NCBI RefSeq assembly: GCF_009914755.1
Contig: NC_060940.1
From: the human T2T-CHM13v2.0 reference genome, Homo sapiens
Strand: one strand, 5' to 3'
DNA: 64,000 nucleotides
The translations under genes and the position numbers were made by a program. Positions 56,560 through 64,000 of this stretch are shown one piece after another (within the stretch, counting starts at the first letter, position 1; every line of letters begins with the position of its first letter). The notes beneath the pieces are model-generated. The model was not told the DNA's origin and searched no databases. It worked only from the letters and a program-made list of their open reading frames with translations.

Positions 56560-56720
56560 ATGGTTTCCAGTGTTTTTCAAATCACCCAGGATATTGTTGA
56601 ACATACAGATTCCTGGCACCACCTCTAGGGATCCTGATGCAGTTGGTTGAGAGTGGGTTCTGGACATGTCACTGAGTTCCCCAGGTGATGTTGTGGTGGT
56701 CTATGGGACCACCCTTTCTG
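56560..56720. mobile_element. MER5-like MITE remnant
   Basis: cagtgtttttcaaatcacc...atacagattcctggcacc...ccccaggtgatg...gggaccaccctt. Confidence 0.6.
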
Positions 56721-56973
56721 TTCTCTTGGAGACAGCCAGGGAGGCAGTGATCAGAGAACCAGCCCGGTGTGAGAGCTTCACTACCCACTTGCTCTTATGA
56801 TGGCTGCCTCCAGAGCTGGGAAACTCACTGTTCTGGTTGTCAGCTATCCCCAAACAATGATGAAATCATGGTTATTTGAACCCTCCCCATCACAAATGAT
56901 CATTACCCAGTTGTCATCCGTTATGCTTTGGTGAGGGTTCTTTTCTTTCTCTGAAAACTCAAAAATAGACCAG

Positions 56974-57532
56974 TGTATTAGTCAGGGTTCTCTAGACAGA
57001 GGGAGCTAATAGGATACATGTATATAATAAAGGGAGTTTATTAAGGGGAATTGACTCACATGATCACAAGGCAAAGTTCACAATAGGCCGTCTGCAAGTT
57101 GAGGAGCAGGGAAGCCAGTGGTGGATCTGCCTGAGTCCAAAAACCTCAAAAGTAGGGAGGCTCACAGTGCAGCCTTCAGTCTGTGGCCAAAGGCCTGAGA
57201 GCCCCTGACAAACTGCTGGTGTAAGTCCAAGAGTCCACAAGCTGAAGAACTTAGAGTCTGACGTTGAAGCGCAGGAAGCATCCAGCATGGGAGAAAGATG
57301 AAGGCAGGAAAACTCAGCAAGTCAAGTCCTTCCATGCTCTTCTGCCTGTTTTGTTATAGCTGCGCTGGCAGTTGATTAGACGGTACCCACCCAGAATGAG
57401 GGTGGGTCTTCGTCTCCCAGTCCACGACTCAAATGTTAATCTCCTTTGGCAAACCGTCCCAGACACACACCCAGGAACAATCCTTTGCATCCTTCAATCT
57501 AATCAAGTTGATATTCAGTATTAACCATCACA
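56974..57532 (-). mobile_element. MLT2A2-like (ERVL) solo LTR
   Basis: tgtattagtcagggttctctaga...ccttcaatctaatcaagttgatattcagtattaaccatcaca; TSD accag/actag. Confidence 0.92.
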
Positions 57533-57844
57533 ACTAGGGAAGAACATTAGCAATCACCTGGTCCAACACCTTGATTTTATGGACCAGGAAGCTTAGTCCT
57601 AGAAAAAACATGGTCATGTTGCAGAAGAATTCAGTGGCAGGATTGGAAGAGGACCCGAACAGTCCACATCAATGCTGCCTGCAGGAGAAACCAGGCAAAG
57701 GGGTGAAGAGGTGCTTTTCTGTCATCTTTGGGACAGCAGGCAGGGCAGTTTTAAGTGGTTTTGTTCAGCCTCTCCACAGAATGCATGAGAAAATGGGCTC
57801 AGTTCTAGCAGAAGTCCTAGCAGTAGCAGGGTAATGTCTAGCAG

Positions 57845-58030
57845 AGTAACCCTGGGCAAGTCACTTAGCCTCTCTGACTCAATTTGTAAATTGAGATAAT
57901 GATAGTGCCTATTTCATTTTTGTGAAAATTAAATGAGCATGTGTAACATGCTTAGAAAAGTATATGGCAAGTAGCTATCATTTATCACATGTTCATGATT
58001 GTCAATATTATTATTGTTATCATTGCAATA
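57845..58030 (+). mobile_element. MIR SINE
   Basis: accctgggcaagtcacttagcctctctgactcaatttgtaaa...aattaaatgag. Confidence 0.78.
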
Positions 58031-59069
58031 AGTTTCCTAATGTTAGCCTGATTAAAAGATACAATAAGGGATAAGAGGATTTCACAATCTTTGTCTGCAG
58101 GCAGCTTTAAGAATTAGACTGGCATTTGTCTAGGTTGATTATATTATTCATCTTCTTTGGATGGAGGGTCTTGGTCTAATTGAACATTAGTTTTCATTTT
58201 TCCATAAATCATTTAAAAATAATCTAAACCGTAAGACAGCAAGGAAACTGCCTAATGGTGAGGGAAACAAAAATCAGACAAGCTTTTCTAGCATGCTACA
58301 TCTACCCTAGGTGACTTCCCTGATGGGTACATCAATGATAGAGGGACAGAGGTTAAGCCACATCGATTTGAAAGCTGATATTGGACCCTTGCAATGAGCT
58401 CTCTGAGCATCCACATCTTGGACAGCCCTGAAGGTAGACGTGCATCCAGGAAATAGTAGTGGCTGCCCTGTGTTTGTGTTCAGAGCCTGGTGCTAGGTGG
58501 TATTTGTTAATAGGAGAGGAAACACCTGGGGTCACATCAAGGAAAAGACGGACAGGGGTAGATTGGTAGCTGAAGAGGTGGCCATCCTTTCTCAGAGCTA
58601 CCGTGTTCAATTCAGGGATGCCTTGGTAATTCTGCCCCCTGCCTTCCACCAGGAGTGTGTGCAGCTCTGTGCCTGTGTCCAGCACACCCTATGTGCTAAA
58701 GTTTCCTAACCTTAGCGGGGGTATGAACTGTTTGCCCAGGAATGAATGGAGATGTGATGTGAACTATATTTTGTCCCAAACAAGAAGAGAAATCTCAGCA
58801 CAAGAGAAACAAATTATCTCACAAATAAGTGAATCTATTCTAGTAATTGAGCAGAACTCCAAGAGAAAATCTTCACGATCTTACTGGAAAGCTTTTTACA
58901 AAGAATAAGTGTAAGATTGCCAGTAGAGAATGCCAATCTGTGGAGATGCCCAGCCCCTATGTTGGCCTGTCCATCATGGTTAGCTCTGATTGGGACTGTG
59001 CCGAAAAGAAGGGTAAGCAGGTACAGATGACAAGAGTCCAAGGCCTGTGACTTGGGGACAATAAGCATT

Positions 59070-59320
59070 ATAATTGCATACAATTACTGAGCACTCACTC
59101 TGTCCCAGACATATTTTATATACATCAATTCATTTGATGCTCATGTTAGGTAGCTGCTGTTACTGGCCAGGATTTCAAAGTAGCTACTCCTATTGTCCTC
59201 ATTTTTCTGATGAGAGAATGAAGTACAGAAAGGCCAAGCAACTTGCCTACCTTCTTACAAGCAGGATGTGGCAGAGGATAAGCTCGGGAAGTCTGACTTA
59301 AAAATCCACCCTTTTTTACA
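59070..59320 (-). mobile_element. MIR SINE
   Basis: tactgagcactcactctgtcccagac...cctcatttttctgatgagagaatgaagtacagaaagg. Confidence 0.7.
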
Positions 59321-59890
59321 ATGCAGCTAAGTGATGATATAAGCAAACATGGAAAGATACTGAAACAACTAATAAGGGCCACCCATGCACCTGTAGTCAA
59401 GGCCTTGGCTAGGAGAAGCAGAAACTCCAACTAGAAAAGGGAAAGGAGATAGATTAATACAAAGAGAAGTGAAGTTTCTGCAGGTCCAGGGAAGGGAGTA
59501 TAGCTGAGCCTTGGGGAAACTGGAATGCTCTTTCTCTCTCAGCCCCTCTGAGATCATAGGTTCTAGCTCGTGGAGCTGACTTCTGCTTCCTATCTCTGCT
59601 GTATTCTAGTCACAGGCCAGCTCTCTCAATCTCTTCAGTCTGTCCCTTGCACCATTGTCTGGTATGGGACTGTGGTTTGCAGTGGGATCCATTGTGTCCT
59701 GATTCTAAAGACCTCTTAGCCCCAGAGTCCCCCACCTACTGACTGCATGCTAGCTCCTACGTCAAGAAGGAGCATCTGATTGGCTCAACCAGACCTATCC
59801 ATTGGCTTCCCTTGAGTAGGGCAAGCATTGTCATTGAAATTCCCCTGGAATCAGCAAAGAGTTAGGGGTAGCAAAGGGGATGTCTGAGAA

Positions 59891-60365
59891 CAGAGTTTCC
59901 TAAACATTTTTTTTTTTTTTTTAATTCAGAGATTCCCTTCAGCAGTCTGGTGAAGGCCAGGGACATCTTCTCAGCATCACGCTTTTAAATAAAAAATAAT
60001 GTTGGATTACAAAGGCAGCCAATTCTATTAAATTACAATTATTAGAATATTAAACAAAATTTGTGCTGTGTTTTTAAATTAACATATTGCTGAGATCTAG
60101 CAGCAAGTCTCATAACAACTACAATTTTGAAGAACTGGTGAATGTAAAAGATATTTTGAGATAACTGCAAAACTTGTGTGATAGAAAAGTATGAGTTGCA
60201 TTGGTGACAAAGTCACAGGCACTGTTAGTACAACTGTCGTTTGTGGCCTATATTTATTATTAAGGGAAATGCTAATTTTCAATTTGAAGATGTTGAAAAT
60301 GAGGCTGCAAAATTCTTTCCCATCCACGTTCATAGAATCCTAAATTCTATTCATAGACTCTCTTA
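59891..60365. mobile_element. MER119-like hAT-Charlie element
   Basis: cagagtttcctaaac...gcagtctggtgaaggcc...ggattacaaaggcagccaatt...ttcccatccacgttcatagaatcct. Confidence 0.65.
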
Positions 60366-61499
60366 CCCTGTTGCAGTATTTCTCAAAGCATGGAGCCACC
60401 TACATAAACAAGGCATGGGAAGTGGAGAGGAGTGGCACCATGAAGGCTTCTCTTTGAGAATGCAGATTCCTCAGTTGTCCCGCGCTAGGTATGCTGACAT
60501 CTGACCTGAGAGAAAGAAACTGGAAACTGACATAGCAAACTCATTTTTATTGTGTTCCTGATGCAAATCTTACATATGCTAAATTTTGAAAAACATCAAT
60601 GTAAAGTAGAAACTTTAAAGCCTCTGAGCATTACTCTGTCTAGCCATCAAGTGGGGTTGGAGTCTGAACCAATGCAGTCATATAAAAAGAAAATGTTTCA
60701 AATGCAAGCATAGGTTTTGAAATGCTTAGAAATAACCTAGTGATGCTGAATGCAGGCAAATTCAAATGTTTTTTTCAAAGATACCTTGTGGTTCATTTAA
60801 GAGGAGAGCTTCAGAGTACATCTGCAACAGGTGGAGGCTGATTGGATTAGGTAATGCCCAAGAGCAAACGCTTTTCTGAGTCAATTCTGAAGCCTGTTGC
60901 CTACTGGAGTGAGGACCCTTGTTCATTTGCATGACCAACTGGAGGCCAAAGCAAAGGATGATGCATTCTACGGGGTTAAAGGGGGAAGGAATGAGCAGTT
61001 GCAGCCCCAGTGCATCAGGAAAGAAGAGGCTGAGCATTATTACTTCTCTCTGGGACGCAGGACCTTCCAGACTGTGACCGGAAGCAAAGTGCAGGCCAAG
61101 AGCAGCTGGCCTCCTGGTAGGCAGAATGAGCTCATAGCTGTTGGTTGAAGACACGTGAAGTCTGCAGAGGTGAACTAATAGCGAGAAGGACAGAGAGGAG
61201 GAGCAGGGTGAAGCAGGAATACCAGCCAAGAACAAGGGCAGCTGATGCACCCAGGATAGAGAGAACACTCCTCGGCTTCTTGCTAAAGGAGAATACTTTC
61301 CTTATTCTTGTGGTTTTCCATCTCAGGATACTGTGGAACTTCCTGATTGGGACTCAGGCTGCTTCAGTGATGTCTTGATGTAGGACCTGTCTTCTGGCCA
61401 CAGGTGATTTCACACCTGCCATGATGGGTAGGGAGCATCTTGGGGAAGCAGAGGTTTAATAGGTAGGCAAATTGCCCAGCAGTCAAGTTTTCTCTTCAT

Positions 61500-61730
61500 G
61501 CTAGTAGCAGCACATCATAGCGGTTGACGATATGGGCTCAAGGGCTTGTGCTGGAATCCCAGCTTTGTCATTTATCAGCTGGGTCACCTTGGACAGGTAC
61601 TAATCTCTCTGTGCTATCATTTTCCCACTTGTAAAGCAGATATAATAGAACTTCCGCATGAGAATGTTAAGAAACGTGAGCTAAGTCACCCATGTAAAAT
61701 GTTCAGGATTGGTGCCTGGTAAATAGTGAG
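61500..61730 (+). mobile_element. MIR SINE
   Basis: gaatcccagctttgtcatttatcagctgggtcaccttggacagg. Confidence 0.75.
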
Positions 61731-61768
61731 TTCATTCTCTCTTTCCTGCTCCCTCTCCCACTTTTCCC

Positions 61769-61806
61769 TTTCTCTCTCTCTCTCTACATATATATATGTG
61801 TGTGTG

Positions 61807-61846
<40 letters not shown>

Positions 61847-61859
61847 CATATATATATGT
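61769..61859. repeat. Compound microsatellite (CT)n-(AT)n-(GT)n-(AT)n-(CA)n-(AT)n
   Basis: Read directly from the sequence. Confidence 0.95.
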
Positions 61860-62447
61860 TTGTTTTGTTAAATAAAGAAATGTTGACGTGTCAATCACAT
61901 CATTATGTCAATTATGTCAATCCATTTGATGAATGATTCCTTTGGTGCTATACTCAGTCATGGACAGAGTTATGGAGTTAGGTGGACCTGGGATTTGAGT
62001 TCTTTGCTATGCCATATTCTATTAACTTTGTAACCTTGGGTTTGATCTTGGCTTTTTTGCTTATGAGTTCTTTGACTTTGGGCAGACTAGTTGGCCTCTC
62101 TGAACTGAATTCCCTCAATTATAAATGTGACTAAAATATCTTACTTCTATAATAATAGTGTCTGATACATAGTACGTATAAAACAAACATTAATCCTTTC
62201 CCTTTACTTCCCAAGTCACCTCCTTAGGTTGGGCCATGTCAGAACTTATTCCAGATTCATCCAGCATTGGAGAGCAAATTTGGTGTTGGATACTGCCACA
62301 GGCCCTACTATACAGAAATGAAAAGAGCCTATTCCTCCTCCCAGGGGTCTTGTGGTTTAGTTCTCTGTAACTTGCAAAATGCTGTAAAAATGAAGAACAT
62401 TATGTAATAATTCTTAGGAAGCAAACTTGCTGCTCAAGTAGCTTGGA

Positions 62448-62620
62448 ACAATGTTTCCCAAACTTCACTGTGCACACCAATCACTTGGAGATCTTGGTAA
62501 AATGCAGAGTCCAGTGCAGAAGGTCTGGGGAGGGGACTGATATCACATTTCTAACAAGCTTCCAGGCAATGCCCTGCTGCTGGTCCATGGACCATGGACT
62601 GCACTTTGAGTAGTCAGGGC
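62448..62620. mobile_element. MER5A MITE
   Basis: caatgtttcccaaactt...atcacttggagatcttggtaaaatgcaga...catttctaacaagcttccagg...cactttgagtag. Confidence 0.82.
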
Positions 62621-63279
62621 TTGGAGTATAGCTTAGGAGACAAAGCAAACCCACAGGAATCTAATCCCTTGCTCTAAGCTCTTGCTTCCTGTTTTTGTTT
62701 GAAGGGCTAGATTCCCATGAGCATTCAGGCCTGAGATGCTTGCTTTACAAATCTTTCTGCTTCTGCATGGTCAAAATTCCTTTAGTCCTGTCTTGTAGGC
62801 CTGTGGTAATTTTCTTGGACAGTGTAGGTGACTAATGGAGAAATTGATCCAGATGTTCCCTGGAGAATACCAAGAAGCTGCCCCAAAGATCCATAGTTGC
62901 AGGTTGTGCTTCTAGACCACAGAGGACTTTGGAGAGTTGGAAGGGACAATTGTAAGGTCATCTGGCCTAGCAACTACCCCACTGAGCTTAGTGTCACTGG
63001 ATTCCCATCAAGGACTTAAACCTTGGCTACGGGCTCATCTTTTAATTCCCTTCTTTGAATCTGAAATCAGTCCAATTGTCAATAGAATGGTGCAGGGTTT
63101 GGGTTTGCTTCCAGGTGACTTTTAATCTATATATGTTTGGTAAAACTATATTTGGAAAGAAAATCATTGAGGAACTGATAAATGGAAAGACTGTGAATGA
63201 GTAGAAGTGTAAAATGATAACGGGGTCTCCAATTTGCATTTAAAAGAAAATGTCTAAGCCTCAGCTCTCATGATGACGA

Positions 63280-63530
63280 TGGTAATAATTGTAGCTTCTG
63301 TTGTTTGAGTATTTATTCTGTGCCAGGCCTGTGCCAGGAGCTTTACATATATTATGTAATTTAATACTAGGGAGATAGGTGCTTTTATTTTAAAGATGAG
63401 GAAATTCAGAAGCTAAACTAGATTAAGTGTTTTGCCCAAGGTCACACAGCTGGCAAGTAGCAGAAGTGAAATTTGAACTAAAGCAGTTTAGCTCCCGAAT
63501 ATTTGCTCCTAAACTGTACTCCTGCCTCTT
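63280..63530 (-). mobile_element. MIR SINE
   Basis: aagatgaggaaattcaga...ttgcccaaggtcacacagctggcaagt. Confidence 0.82.
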
Positions 63531-63699
63531 ACTAGTCTAACATCCCATGTCCTGCCGAGAATCTCATCCAGCCTCTCCATCTACCACGCCAGGAACAGGC
63601 ATTTACTAACTCTCATGGAAGCTCATTTCATTGTGAACATAGTTTCCTTTGGTGGAAAATTATTTTCTCTTAACACGGCTTTGCCTTCAAGAGTGAACT

Positions 63700-64000
63700 G
63701 AAATGACCCAACAATCCCATTCCTAAGGATATACCCAAGAAAATTAAAAACTTAGGTTTGCACAAAAACTTAGATATAAATGTTCATAGCAACATTATTC
63801 ATGATAGCAAAAACGTAGAATCAACCCAAATGTCTATCAATTGATAAATGGATTAAAAGAAGATCTGTCCATACAATGGAATATTTAGTCACAAAAAGGA
63901 ATGAAGTACTGTTACATACTACCCATGAATGAATCTCAAAAACATTATGCGGAACGAAGAAAGCATTTCTTCATCCAGTCCCAAAAGACCACCTCTTATA
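63700..64000 (+). mobile_element. L1MB/L1MC-like 3' region (runs off the window end)
   Basis: gacccaacaatcccattcctaaggatatacccaagaaaatt...aatgttcatagcaacattattc...aaaacattatgc. Confidence 0.82.

Noticed and set aside
60762-61268. 168-aa minus ORF and overlapping 83-aa plus ORF as a host exon
   Set aside because: Non-ATG starts, no recognisable domain, no convincing splice sites; lengths are compatible with chance in 64 kb

Overview
This window is primate, most likely human, non-coding genomic DNA. It carries AluY/S/J, L1PA, THE1/MST, MLT, MIR, L2 and MER elements and is CpG-depleted. I see no host protein-coding exon, RNA gene or CRISPR array; the ORF track is explained by L1 remnants, repeat-derived frames and chance. 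A large fraction is interspersed repeat, often nested. Main elements are a near full-length L1PA7-like element (17701-24144, minus) inserted into the centre of a MADE1 MITE, an old ~5 kb L1M, a 5'-inverted L1PA with an internal deletion, many solo LTRs, and a 1.5 kb AT-rich tract with long inverted arms around a minisatellite. I found no convincing new biological system. The best leads are (i) the PATRR-like AT-rich palindrome, (ii) an uninterrupted, extended L1 ORF0 homologue in an L1 that has lost its YY1 site, (iii) the L1 deletion with a hairpin filler, and (iv) a few motif-rich unique islands that may be enhancers. Repeat subfamily names come from my recall of consensus sequences, not from a database search, and boundaries of old elements are approximate.
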